Assembly: GCF_006345805.1 (NCBI RefSeq)
Contig: NC_043001.1
Coordinates: 113,584,001 to 113,648,000 of the forward strand
Direction: 5' to 3'
Length of the DNA: 64,000 nt
Source of the DNA: Octopus sinensis
Lineage: Eukaryota
The notes under the pieces were generated by a model. That model saw nothing but the letters and a program-made list of their open reading frames with translations. It did no database searches and had not been told where the DNA came from. Below are positions 23,446 to 36,583 of the stretch, piece after piece. Numbering within the stretch: the stretch's first letter is position 1; each line of letters opens with the position of its first letter. Both the position numbers and the translations under genes were made by a program.

Positions 23446-24537
23446 TGTAAATTGAGTTAATATTGACATTTTGTGGATTAATTCGTCTTGTTTAATATAT
23501 GAATATTCAAAAGAACCAAAAAAAAAAAAAAAGGCATGGAGACCCTCTCCTTTCTCAAAATCTTTGGGGGGATTTAAGTTACTACTATCAGCTAACAAAA
23601 ATTTCTATAAAATTATACTTTTAAAATTTTAATCCATAGGAGAAGTGGATGGTTACAATGGGTAGAATGGCGGACAAAATGCCAAACATCAATTTTGTTC
23701 TAAATTGAAATCCAGCTTAGAGCTAATTTATCCTAAATTATCCATTGTTGTGGAGTTGATAAAATAAGTACCGGTGAGATACTATATCCTTCTCAAAATT
23801 TGTGGCATACACCAATCAATATCAGGAATGAACTGCTCAGTGAATGCTAAAACACATGAAGTATATCAAAATATTTCTATAAATTTTATTAATTTTGAAC
23901 GGTAGACAATTCAATTTGGTTGGTAATGAGAAAACACGAGAACCCTTCATTCAGTTTACTTGCTAAAACCAATATCTATTGTTTAACAGAATTATGTTAC
24001 CATGTAGCCAGATCCCAGCTCTGGCCAACAACCATGACAATGAACTTGAATTCTTGACTCAAAGTTCAGACTAAAGTTTTCTTTCCGTTATGTAGGGTAT
24101 TGTATATTCAGGAATGTGTCATTTTTTTCTGTTCTCGTATAATTTCTCACTCATAAAATAGTTTACAATTTAATTACTTCTACTAAAAAATAAACCGAAA
24201 AGAGAAAAAAACTAAAAGTTCGTTTCCAAATTTAAGCTGTTTTAAATGATGACGTAAGAAATTCCGCGTTGCTTAAGCCTGTAGACATTAGAATTACCAG
24301 TTACCTAACATGTTTCTTCTCACATAGTAACTCACAGAGTAATGTTATTTCTATGCTTTTTAATCAAGGGTGGTTGATATGATATATCTGCTTAGTCATA
24401 GCAACTATAGCCGGAACAATTGCATATGAGTGAGGTATTCATATACCACGTTTTCTCTTCTTAACATGGGTTAACAGTCGAGATTTTTTTAAGGTGCAGT
24501 TATGTCAAGCTGAAGTTTAGATACTCATTTCGTTTAG

Positions 24538-24619
<82 letters not shown>

Positions 24620-24655
24620 GTGTATGCATATATATATATGTATACATATATATTA

Positions 24656-24694
<39 letters not shown>

Positions 24695-24730
24695 ATATAT
24701 ATATATATATAATATATATATATATATACA

Positions 24731-24801
<71 letters not shown>

Positions 24802-24815
24802 CATATATGTATACA

Positions 24816-24899
<84 letters not shown>

Positions 24900-24920
24900 T
24901 ATATATACATATTTGTGTGT
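24538..24920. repeat. (CA)n/(TA)n compound microsatellite
   Basis: Directly visible. Confidence 0.95.
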
Positions 24921-25199
24921 GTGACTATGCAATCTTATATTACCGAAATAGTCGGCTAACCCATAAAATTATCATCCAGCCTGCTTACAAACTATCTTAC
25001 CAGACACCTACAGTGGCACTTATGAATGAATCATTTAAGCAACATATTAAGTAGTCATCGTTGTAAAAGTTTCCTATTACACAAAAAAATAGACACTAGC
25101 AGCTGATGTCAATTTTTTTCAGATAGTTTTAATGCATTTCATTCACTCTTTTACGGGATCATATTAGGGCTCTGGCTTAATGGATATTTAGTCGGTTGT

Positions 25200-25870
25200 T
25201 AAAATTCCACTTCGTTCAGTGTTCTATCGTCTCCCCTTGCGCCAACATGGATATAAAGAGAGAAGGGGAGATAACTCAGGTGAAGATAGATATCGAACAT
25301 TATTTTCGTTCTGGTATACTGGAACTTAATCTCCTCAAACAATCTTGCAAACACGCAATAGTGTCGTAGGAGGCTATCACTCTCCACCAGTCGGACAAAG
25401 AGGTCGATGTAAGTTCCACTTTATTCCCCTAGAGAACCAGGCGTCGTCGAGGTGAAATTAGCTGGTCTGTTTTGGAGGACTTTCGTACCGGGCACTACTA
25501 TGGATACTTTCCAGGAATTCTTGACGGGTAGTGCTACAAAGGGGCACTACTGGTTTGAGAGAAACTTTACAGGGATAGAAGTGCAGCTAGGCGGGATTGC
25601 CTGCAATGTGCACAGAGTGGCAAATCCATATTGCACGTATTCTTGCCGTGTGTGTTTCCAAGCATTGCTGACACATGGAATTATGTCCGTGTCGCATTTC
25701 GGACAAATCCTACAGTTAGCGACCGGATCAATCATGATAATCACCTCACTGGACGCGAAAGAGGTTGTGCTGAAAGAATTGCAGAAAGCCACCTTCCACT
25801 TTGAGCAAGCCCTCATCGATATTTTCATGTTCCACTTGGAAAGGGATGTGAACGTTGAAAGGAAATCTGA
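25200..25870 (-). pseudogene. Degenerate retroelement ORF remnant, possibly Penelope-like RT N-terminal region
   Basis: PA*LHFYPCKVSLKPVVPLCST loosely resembles the P.LY.LPK.HK..PLRPIVS motif. Multiple frameshifts. Confidence 0.3.
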
Positions 25871-26277
25871 AATGTAAGTCGAAAGTTAAGTTGAAAGCAA
25901 AGGTAGAAGGTCCAACAGGTAGGGGAGGGTAACTCCTAGGCTAAAAGTGGATGAGTTTGGCAAAAATTGCACTTGCCTGTAAAGTGAATAAACAAAAGCT
26001 AGAAAACAGCTTGCAACTTTGGTGGTTAAGATGACCTGGGTCTGTAGAGTTCCATGACTGACCCAAGCGGGAGGCTCACCTATATCAGAAAGGCTGCCTC
26101 ATCCATGTGCTTCCATATTTAGTATACTTTGTATACTTTTAAACCATCGCAAATCCTCACCTCAGTTTTCCTCTCAGGCTTTTATGTAAAGGTCCATTAC
26201 AATTGTTAACAACCTTTGTAATAAACTCTCGTTAATGTCCCTGTTGAAAATATTAGATATCATCATCATCATTGTTA

Positions 26278-26327
<50 letters not shown>

Positions 26328-26347
26328 TATTATTATTATCATTATTA

Positions 26348-27463
26348 TATGTTTGACTTTTGCTCTGTATTTGTACAAGTTGGCTCCAAGTCCCACCCAG
26401 AGTCCTCAAGAGACAACAAGTTAGAAGCTCATGTTGGTGTTACGCTTGGGATGCCATATATTTGGTTTTGCACATAGTATTATTCTCGAGAATGTTTAAG
26501 AAAACGTAAGAAAATTATGAGTTTGTTTTAAAATTTGAGAGATTACATAGTATTTTGTGTAGCATAAGGGCAGTTCCCATGAGCACTATCTGTTGTATTT
26601 CTGCCATTCTGGTATTTCCTGGTATCTGAGCTAGGTAACAATCAGCGTCTTTTGGTATCATTCCTAGAGCATCTATGACAACTGGTATTGTTTTAGTCTT
26701 GAAGTTCCACATTTTGCCAACTTCTATTTCAAAATGTTTTTACTTGTTCAGTTTTTGGTAGGTCTTGACAGATACATTAATGTCGACTAGGACAGTCATA
26801 TCAATGTGGCGGCATGATTTTTGTCTGAAGTTTTTCAATATAATGCCTGACCTATTCGCATTTATCTTTCTGTCAGTTTGAATAGTGAAGTTCCAGAGGA
26901 GTGAGATGTGATCACTTTCAAGCACTGGAGGTGTTTTGAGTTCCCACCAGTTTTTATCATGGAGCACGCCCAGGTTTTTGCGAATTACTCAGTTATATAT
27001 TGTGCTGCTCTATTATGCCTGTTGAGATACTCTATAGGTGCAAGAATACTGCACATGGAGACAACATGATCAATGGTTTCATTTTGTTGTTGATATACAC
27101 GACATGTTGGTCTACTGCCGTTCTTTAATATGTTGGCCTGGTAGTTTCTTGTAGGTAGGCATAGATCTTGGGCTGCTGTGGTAAACCTTTCTGGTTCTGA
27201 TTTTAAACCAGAAGACACTAACCATTGCCGGGTATGGCTTTGATAACATCGGCACTGTTAGCTCTCTTTGGGTATTTGCCATTGAGAGATTTTTCTTGCC
27301 ATTTATCAGTTAGAATATCTAAGACAGCAGTTTTAGCTCGGGTTTTGATACATTTAGCTTCTTTTTAGCATGGGCTTTCATACGCTTAGCTTTTGAATTT
27401 TTATTTTAGCACGGGTTTTTATTCGCTTAGCTTTTTAGCACGGGTCTTCATATGCTTAGCTTT
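26348..27463 (-). mobile_element. 5'-truncated R4/Dong-like element, family D2
   Basis: CCHC knuckle RPTCRV(Y)QQQNETIDHVVSMCSILAPIEYLNRHNRAA, RLE region LWNFTIQTDRKINANRSGIILK..DMTV, and C-terminal QQIVLMGTALMLHKIL. (TTA)n on both sides. Confidence 0.88.
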
Positions 27464-27464
27464 A

Positions 27465-27551
<87 letters not shown>

Positions 27552-27699
27552 TAGTTTACCTCTCAGATCTCTCGATCTTACTTGCTCTGGTTTGATTCTG
27601 TGAGAGACGACAGCAATCTGTTGTTAGAACTCTCATCGGGTCTCTTTCCGGAAATCTTAAGCTTTCGTACTTCGATGTGAACTTCGTGGAAGACACTCA

Positions 27700-28100
27700 A
27701 CATCCAAGCACCAATCGCAAAATCGAATCCACCAGCTCCAATTTCTGGCCTATTAATCCGCCAGATTGTAATCCCATGAATTACTATGTTTGGGGTACGA
27801 CTGAGAAAACATCATCAACTCTACCGACACTAAAATCGAACTGAAGGCCAAAACCAAGGAGGTATTTTAGGATCCTCCCAGGAAAACAGAGAGGAACGTA
27901 TGCGTCAGATTCCGGTGCCGACTTAAGGCCATGATGAAAGGTGAGGACCATAAACTGAGTAAACTGTTATCTCTAGCTATAATCTAGTTATAATCTAGCT
28001 GCTATTATTTTTAATTTTTAAAAATACTTTTATTTTTGGATGAGATATTGTTTTTGACTTTCTGTTATGCAAACTGTCAAATTTATCCCGAACACAGTCT
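27700..28100 (+). mobile_element. maT/mariner-like transposase 3' remnant
   Basis: NFWPINPPDCNPMNYYVWG..ELKAKTKEVF..RFRCRLKAMMKGE. Confidence 0.7.
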
Positions 28101-28231
28101 CTACATTTGTGATTCTTGAATTTTTAGAAGGAGGGTAAGGTTACATTCTAAACTTAACTATAGTCTTTCTTGATAGTCACGCACTAGGCGGGGAACTTAA
28201 AGTGAGCTCCAATACAGACGAGTTTTTCGAT

Positions 28232-28354
28232 ATATATATATGGGGTTGATAAATTAAGTACCAGTTACGCACTGGGGTCGATGTAATCGACTTAATCAGT
28301 TTGTCTGTCCTTGTTTGTCCCCTCTGTGTTTAGCCCCTTGTGGGTAGTAAAGAA

Positions 28355-28355
<1 letters not shown>
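28232..28355 (+). mobile_element. SINE family B, 3' half
   Basis: GGGGTTGATAAATTAAGTACCAGTTACGCACTGGGGTCG..GGTAGTAAAGAAATA. Confidence 0.85.
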
Positions 28356-28399
<44 letters not shown>

Positions 28400-28403
<4 letters not shown>

Positions 28404-28697
28404 TTAGGGAATAAATCCAAATTTACAGGGAAAAAATCAGATTTAGGATTAAATCCAATTTTATAGTAAAATATTATAAAATATTATTAGAGACAAAACC
28501 ACTATTTTGCAAAACAAACAAGGAAAGACTTAATCAATACATAATTTGAAACTGACTTATTGGAAGTCCACCTGAAGATTGTCGATCAAGACAAGAAACG
28601 ATTGTAGTGGCGGTTTTTTTGACTATTTATTAAAATTTTATGTATTGATTAAGTCTTTCCTTGTTTGTTTTGCAAAATAGTGGTTTTGTCTCTAATA

Positions 28698-28707
<10 letters not shown>
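28400..28707 (+). mobile_element. Penelope-like family P1: perfect ~70-bp inverted repeat enclosing a hammerhead
   Basis: Arms 28475-28544 and 28638-28707 are exact reverse complements. (TA)n on both flanks. Confidence 0.8.
28568..28610 (+). ncRNA. Minimal type-I hammerhead ribozyme
   Basis: CCAC CTGAAGA TTGTC GATCAA GACAA GAAAC GATT GTA GTGG: stem I CCAC/GTGG, stem II TTGTC/GACAA, stem III AC/GU. Predicted cleavage after A28606. Confidence 0.78.
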
Positions 28708-28738
<31 letters not shown>

Positions 28739-29199
28739 CTGTATGTATGTATAGTGAATTAAGAATTTAAAACAGCACTAGTGCTATAAACATTATCGAC
28801 CGCACATACTCCATGTATGATTGGCTTGTTCAACGGTTTGCTATGACATTGCACTATGTGGACGACTCCCTCATAGCACTGGGTGTTAAAACACTTAAAA
28901 GTCATAGATAGGCGAGAACATTCATCCTTAATCACATTCAGGAGTGATAGAAACCGATATTTCGCCATTTTTGTGACTTATCAAATCCGTGATTGGCTCG
29001 TTTACATTTCCGTAACTTAGCTGTTCGGCAGAAGTACCAATAGAATAAGTACCAGGTCAATTTATTCGACCAAGCGTACAAAGCGCTGCTCCGGCATGGT
29101 CGCAGTCCAATGACTTATACAACGCCGAAAGCGTGAAAGAAATCAACCTTGAAAGGATCGACCAACCTCGGCTTCATCTAAAAAATCATAGTAGATATA

Positions 29200-29703
29200 C
29201 ATTCGTGGCCAAAAGTTTGATACATTAAAAAAAGAAATGTTAATTCAAATATGTACAACGTAGAGATATACTTGCCTTATAACCGATCCAATAATTCAAT
29301 ATGTAGAAGAAAAAACAATTCAGACCCATATTCCAAACGCTTGTTCAAGTAATAATATATTGCAAATTAAATATAACTTCACGCATTTAATATAAAAATT
29401 CTAATTTTCAGACTAATGTTACAAACTTTTGGCCAAGTAATAATATATATATTTCTTTACTACCCACAAAGGGTTAAACACAGAGGGGACAAACAAGGAC
29501 AGACATTACATCGACCCCAGTGCGTAACTGGTACTTAATGTATCGACCCCGAAAGGATAAAAGGCAAAGTCGACCTCGGCGTAATTTGAACTCAGAACGT
29601 AACGCCAAGTAATAATATATGTAGGAAATTAAATATAACTTTGTGCATTTAATATAAAAATTCTAATTTTCAGGCCTATGTTCCAAACTTTTGGCCGCGA
29701 CTG
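29200..29703. mobile_element. Tc1-like MITE with internal duplication and nested SINE B
   Basis: TA-CATTCGTGGCCAAAAGTTTG at the left end and CAAACTTTTGGCCGCGACTG-TA at the right end. Confidence 0.75.
29453..29605 (-). mobile_element. SINE family B, 5'-truncated, with ~17-bp TSD
   Basis: Flanked by GCCAAGTAATAATATAT on both sides. Confidence 0.85.
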
Positions 29704-29975
29704 TAGGCCCCAGATGCAAGTATCAAATGTTTCACTTTGACAGAAAAGAAACTCGAACTATACAAAGCGGTTTATTATTTTTGTCTCTGTCGTTCACCCT
29801 CACATTACTAAAAATCATATGAGTCATAACACGTGGGTATTTTTTCTTCTCCTACCTGTTGTATGATCTATGTTGTATTATTGACAGCACTCTGCACTAA
29901 TCAACGACGATATCTTTGATCTCCATCAATTTTTGGACGAACCTATCTAGAGACAGCAGAGTTGTAGATATACAG

Positions 29976-30014
<39 letters not shown>

Positions 30015-30371
30015 TCGTGCGTGCGTGTAATGTTAAACGGTATCTTGTTAAACGCTTACTCAGTGAAGGGTGACGGACGGATAGAAAGATAAAAAAAAAT
30101 GACAAAAAAGTAAATAAACACAGAGAAGAAATGAAAAAAAATTAAATATAAAAAAAAACAACGAAAAGCTTTTCCCTCCACTTAATGATTCTCTAATGTC
30201 TCTTCAGAAATAATCGGAAATTTCAACAAAGAGTCTATTGATCACAACAACAACAACAACAGTAGCAACGACGAAGACAACGACGACAACAATAGAAACA
30301 ACAACAACGATCACCTCCGCAAAATCGACAACGATAACGCTACCACCACTACCACCACCACCACCACCACC

Positions 30372-30412
<41 letters not shown>

Positions 30413-30988
30413 GACTGTTACTACTGCTACTTCTGCTGCTCAAGTAATTCTAATAGGAAGACCAACATGGTGAATAACAAGAATAATAAGATCTAATGGT
30501 TTTTAATGAAAGCGGTAGCAGTCACGTTAGTACTTTTGACAAAAACAATGGACGATAAAGGGCGAAATAATACGACATCAAACGGAAGAAGCGTTATAAA
30601 AACTGCAATACGGTGAATAACGCTATAGCTGCTGCTGCTGCTGCCGCTGCTGCTGCTCCTGATAATGATGAAGATAGAGGTTCTGATGATGATAATAATG
30701 GTGAGGGTGACGGGGATGAGTGGGTGCTAAGGATGATGATGATGGTGATGTGGTGATCCTGTTGATAATGTGGATCACGATAATGCTGTTGATGGTGGCT
30801 GTGTTCATAAATTAGGTTGGTTATAAAGGTGTTGATGATAATGGTGATAATGTTAATAATAATGCTAATGATGGTAATACTTATTGCGAGTGATGATGGT
30901 GATGCAGGGATGTGAGTATGAGGATTCTGAGTATTACGATGATTATGTGGATAAAGTAGATTTGCAAGTGGCAAATTATATATATATA

Positions 30989-31071
<83 letters not shown>

Positions 31072-31144
31072 GTATATACATATACACAGATACACACACA
31101 CAGGCACACACACAAACACACATATGTATGTATGTATATATATG

Positions 31145-31380
31145 GTGTTAATAAAAAAAGGAGAAAAAACAACAACCCGAGGACATGGTACATGCAAAGT
31201 ATCAGCAGATGCTCAGAGAAGGAATGAAAGGTAGTTTTACGTTTGGAGCAAAGCACTTCTTCGGAAACAGCAGACAGAGGCAAATCCAAGAGAAAAGAAA
31301 GACGGAAGGAAAAAATCGCTAACGATCCACATGAAGTTACATTTTGAAATGACCGGAAGGGAATAGATGAAGAAAAAGTT
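31145..31380 (-). mobile_element. Family P2-related element, degenerate hammerhead (31234-31268)
   Basis: Minus strand GTTT CCGAAGA A GTGC TTT GCTC CAAAC GTA AAAC. Confidence 0.55.
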
Positions 31381-31438
31381 CTTTCTAAGATAGGAGAGTG
31401 TAAGATAAGGAGGTATCTGTGTGTATATGTGGGTATGT

Positions 31439-31661
31439 AGCTGGCAGAAACGTTAGCACGCCGGGCGAAATGCTTAGCGGTATTTCGTCTGCGTTACGTT
31501 GTGAGTTCAAATTCCGCCGAGGTCGACTTTGCCTTTCATCCTTTCGGGGTCGATAAATTATGTACCAGTTACGCACTGGTCTCGATGTAATCGACTTAAT
31601 ACCTATGTCTATCCCTGTTTGTCCCCTCTATGTTTAGCCCCTTGTGGGTAATAAAGAAATA
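31439..31661 (+). mobile_element. SINE family B, near full length
   Basis: AGCTGGCAGAAACGTTAGC..GAGTTCAAATT..GTCGACTTTGCCTTTCATCCTTTCGGGGTCGATAAA..AAAGAAATA. GGTATGTAGC on both flanks. Confidence 0.9.
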
Positions 31662-32138
31662 GGTATGTAGCATGCGCCCAAGTGTGTGTATATAAGCATG
31701 TGTGCGTGTATGTGTGTGTGTTGTGTGTGTTGTGTATGTAGTGTTGGCTGTTTATATGTGTATGTGTGAGTGAACTTTATGTTTGTTAATGTTGTGGGAA
31801 GCATGGTAACAGGACTGGTGGTCTTTTGCATAGAGGAATGGTCAATAGAAAGGTGTTTGACTGGCGGTTTAAAGTATGTGTATATGTGTGTGCGTGTATG
31901 CATATGTTGTGTGTGTGTGTGCGTGCGTGCGTGTGAGTGCGTGTGTGTATGCCCGTGTATGTGTAATTGTGTACGTGTATGTACGAGTGTGTTGTGTGTG
32001 TCGGAGACATATGTACGTTCAAGTGCGCGTGTGATTTTATATGTGTGCGCGTATGTATATATGCATGTGTGTATGGGCGTGTGTATATGTGTGTGTATGT
32101 GAGGTTATATACATATATACATATATATTCGTTTTTTT

Positions 32139-32409
32139 ATTCTTTTGTTCGTTTCAGTCACTTTGACTGCGGCCATGCTGGGGCCCCGCCTTTAGTCAAC
32201 CAAATCGACCCCAGGACTTATTCTTTGTAAGTCTACTACTTACTCTATCAGTCTCTTATGCCGAACCGCCAAGTTACAGGGACGCAAACATACCAGCACC
32301 GGTTGTCAAGCGATGTTGGGACACACACACACACACACACACACATACACACGCACACACAAACATATACACACATACACATACACATATATATATACGC
32401 ACACACACA

Positions 32410-32458
<49 letters not shown>

Positions 32459-32491
32459 GACGGGATTCTTTCAGTTTCCGTCTACTAAATC
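32139..32491 (-). mobile_element. SINE family A lacking most of the head (tail fragment also at 32843-32948, +)
   Basis: Similarity to the family consensus. Confidence 0.85.
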
Positions 32492-32585
32492 TTATGCACC
32501 CTGTATATGCATATGTATGTATATGGTGTCAATACAATGATCAAGAAAAAAAAGACCGGAAGATCAAAGTTTGTTGAATCAGGTC

Positions 32586-32636
<51 letters not shown>

Positions 32637-33346
32637 CGGCAATTGAGATAAAAAAGATTTTGAAAGTTACATAAAAAGGGGTAAATATTCTAGGATTGCC
32701 CCAACCATCACGATATACTATCCACACACACATGTATGCATACATACAGATAGATAGATTGATAGATAGATAGGTAGATAGATAGGTAGATAGATAGATT
32801 TATAGATAGACAGATGTCGTGCCTGCAGGGGTGTCTTTATGTAGTATAAGTACTAAGCTTATAAAGAAGAAGTCCTGGGGTCGATTTGCTCGAGTAAAAA
32901 TGATGCTCCAGCATTGTCGCAGTCAAATGACTGAAGTAAATAAAAGAATGTATCCGTTTATACATATATGAATGTATATGAATATGCATATGTACGTATA
33001 TATGTATCTCTACCTATCTATCTGTCTATCTATCTATCTATCTATCTATCTATCGATCGATCGATTCTATGATTCGATTTTGAGAAAGTGTGTGGAAATT
33101 TAAATGATTACACAGCCGATACACATTTTACAATTAAACCCCACCCACACACAGAGTTTAATTTCACTTAAAAATTTATCATTTGGTGTCAAATTTTTTG
33201 TCGCACCAATTGCGATCTGGCCACTGAAGCGATCCGTTTGAGATGTCGCGCAAGTGTGTGCATATATGTATGCATGAATGGATATATGTAGATATTTGTT
33301 CATGTACAGATTAGTGATTACCTGCATGTATGTATGTATGCATGTA

Positions 33347-33389
<43 letters not shown>

Positions 33390-33390
33390 C

Positions 33391-33506
33391 TATTTTATAG
33401 AAGGAGCTTCTACAGGACTAGAACTGTTTCATTCCGATGAAATCTTCATGAAGATCTCATCGGAATGAAACAGTTCTAGTCCTGTAGAAGCTCCTTCTAT
33501 AAAATA
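33391..33506. repeat. 116-bp spacerless palindrome, one mismatch
   Basis: 57 of 58 base pairs. Centre TCTTCA/TGAAGA; the only mismatch is A33441 against C33456. Confidence 0.95.
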
Positions 33507-33576
33507 AATTAATTTACTCTGCTATGTGTTGAGTACCTTATTTACTGTGGTTAACCCCGACTCAACCCGGGACCTA

Positions 33577-33621
<45 letters not shown>

Positions 33622-33659
33622 ATATATATATATATAGATAGATAGATAGATAGATATAA

Positions 33660-33706
<47 letters not shown>

Positions 33707-33814
33707 ATATATATATATATCAGAGAAAAGGAGAGAGGTGAGGTGTATGAGATATAGAGATAATAATAGAGAGCTAGATCGATAGATTAATATAAGATAT
33801 ATAGATAAATAGCA

Positions 33815-33867
<53 letters not shown>

Positions 33868-35433
33868 TAGATAGATAGATAGATATGTATGCGTGTATGT
33901 ATGTATATATATGCATACATACACAAACACACGCACATATATGAATCAGTTCTTAGTTACCAATTCCCAGACGTCACTTAAAATGCAGTGTCTGTACATT
34001 TAGCACACACAGATGAATGTATAATTCATTCATAACACATAAAGAAATGATGTTCAGTGATGAATTTGTCTCATCTTGAACCACTGAGCTATATTTAAAA
34101 GTCTTAGCATTTCACCCACCATTTCAAGTGGAATTTTTCAGCCGCATGATTACACTAGTGATATATAAATAGGAGTATTTTCCCCCCACCATAGTGCGTG
34201 TAAGATGTAAGTCATATCGAACAGAAAGATCCGCTAATGTAGCTGAAAAACAATCAAAATGGCTTTACCTGGAATGGAACTCATACTGCAGTCTCTGTTT
34301 TCAGATTTGTTACCAATACGTTGGTTACAACATCACTTTTACACATTTACACATACATACATGAAATCACGCATATATGTAATATATAAAAAGAATATAT
34401 TCACTAATTTATGTATGAGTGTAATAATGTAAGCTTGTTGAGATGTATTGACGTTTATCGGCTCAAAATCATGTAGCAGAAATCACGTAAATTACACTGA
34501 AATATCATGGGAATATGTCATCGATCAGATGAAATGAAATGATTTATATTGCTGGCTAGCTATTCGATAGTTTGCTTGTAGCAGACGACAAGATGATTTG
34601 CAGACGACAAAATTGAAGATGAATGATTTGATAATTGCAGATATCACATCCGGGTTTTTTAAAGCTTTCGTATCTGAAATAGATGATGACATAAACGTTA
34701 TTAAATGAAAGAGTGGAGCGTGGCTGAATCAGAGAAAAGGAGAGAGGTGAGGAGTATGAGATATAGAGATAATAATAGAGAGCTAGATCGATAGATAAAT
34801 TATAAGAGATGTAGATAAATAGCAAGATAGATAGATAGGTGGGTAGGTAGAGAAAGAGAGAGAGAGAGAGCGAAAAAAAGGGAGAGAGAGAGTGGAAGAG
34901 AGAGAGAAAGAGAGTGACAGAAAGAGGGAGAAGAAAGGGAAGTATGGTTCATTAAAGAGAAGTGAATGTAATATAGTTGAGGCAATGAGAGATGAAAATT
35001 GAGAAGGCAAGCTAAAACACCAAATAGAGCAAAATAGGAATGATAGATAGAGAAAGAAAAGGTTGGTTTAGAATGAAGGAAGACAGAGGGGAAAAAGAAA
35101 TCGATAATCATAAGTAAATTTGGAATCACACTCATACACGCACGCATATCCCACCCCCACACATACAAATACATGTGTATATATTCATATATACTTATAT
35201 ACATGTATGTATATACTTAGATTAATATATATATGTATGTATTAAATCACCAGAGTACATGTTACTATCATGCATTTTAGTGCTGGACTGTTTCAAAAAT
35301 TTGCTTTACTGAGTATTATTTCACGCTTCGAGGTGGAATTTGACTAAGAATGCAAAGAATCGGAACAAATACCACTAGGTATTCGATCCAACGTTCTTAA
35401 ATTTCCGTCAATTCACTGCCCTCGACTCTTCTA

Positions 35434-35627
35434 CTCTTTTACTCCTTTGCTTGTTTCAGTCACTTCACTGCGGTCATGCTGGAGCACCGCCTTTAGTCGA
35501 TTATTCTTTGTAAGCCTAGTACTTATTTTATCGGTCTCTTTTGCCGAACCGCTAAGATACGGGGACCTAAACACACCAGCATCGGTTGTCATGCGATGTT
35601 GGGGGGACAAACACAGACACACAAACA

Positions 35628-35658
<31 letters not shown>

Positions 35659-35669
35659 CACACACACAC

Positions 35670-35750
<81 letters not shown>

Positions 35751-35918
35751 CATATGCATATATACGACGGGCTTCTTTCAGTTTCCGTCTACCAAATCCA
35801 CTCACAAGGCTTTGGTCGGTCCGAGGCTATATTAGAAGACATTTTCCCAAGGTGCTGCGCAGTGGGACTGAACCCGGAACCATGTAGTTGGTAAGCAAGC
35901 TACTTACCACACAGCCAC
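35434..35918 (-). mobile_element. SINE family A, near full length
   Basis: Tail to head in reverse orientation with expanded (CA)n(TA)n. Confidence 0.9.
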
Positions 35919-36137
35919 ATCTTTGTATCAACTCTTAAAGCATAAAACGCAAATTCGAAGTCGGTACTATCTGAAAGTAGATCGCAAAGTGTCGGAACAA
36001 ATATAGCAAAAATTATTTACATGTGTAGGGACATGCCTAGTGGCTATAGTAGCGGACTCGCAGTCGAGTGGACACGGATTCGAATCTCAGACCGGTCGAT
36101 GTGTGTTTATGAGCGAACAACTAACCTCCACGCCTCT

Positions 36138-36248
36138 TCGGATTCAGTCCGAAGGAGGCATCTTGGGTATATGTCTTCTGCTATAGCCTCCGGCCGACCA
36201 AAGCTTTGTGAGTGCATTTGGTAGACGGAAACTGAAAAGAAACGCGTC

Positions 36249-36298
<50 letters not shown>

Positions 36299-36454
36299 TA
36301 TATATATTATATATAATATATAATATATGTACATATATATATATGTATATATATATAATATATATATAATATATGTATATATATATGTGTATATATATAT
36401 TATATAATATATATATATATATTATATATATGTATATGTATATATATAGTATAT

Positions 36455-36485
<31 letters not shown>

Positions 36486-36488
36486 GTA

Positions 36489-36583
<95 letters not shown>

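Noticed and set aside
23990-24075. Exon-like segment on either strand
   Set aside because: Plus-strand frames hit stops before a good donor, and the minus-strand acceptor is poor.
30560-30980. Poly-Ala/His/Ser ORFs resembling a transcription factor
   Set aside because: Mixed trinucleotide repeats with no folded domain and no splice signals.
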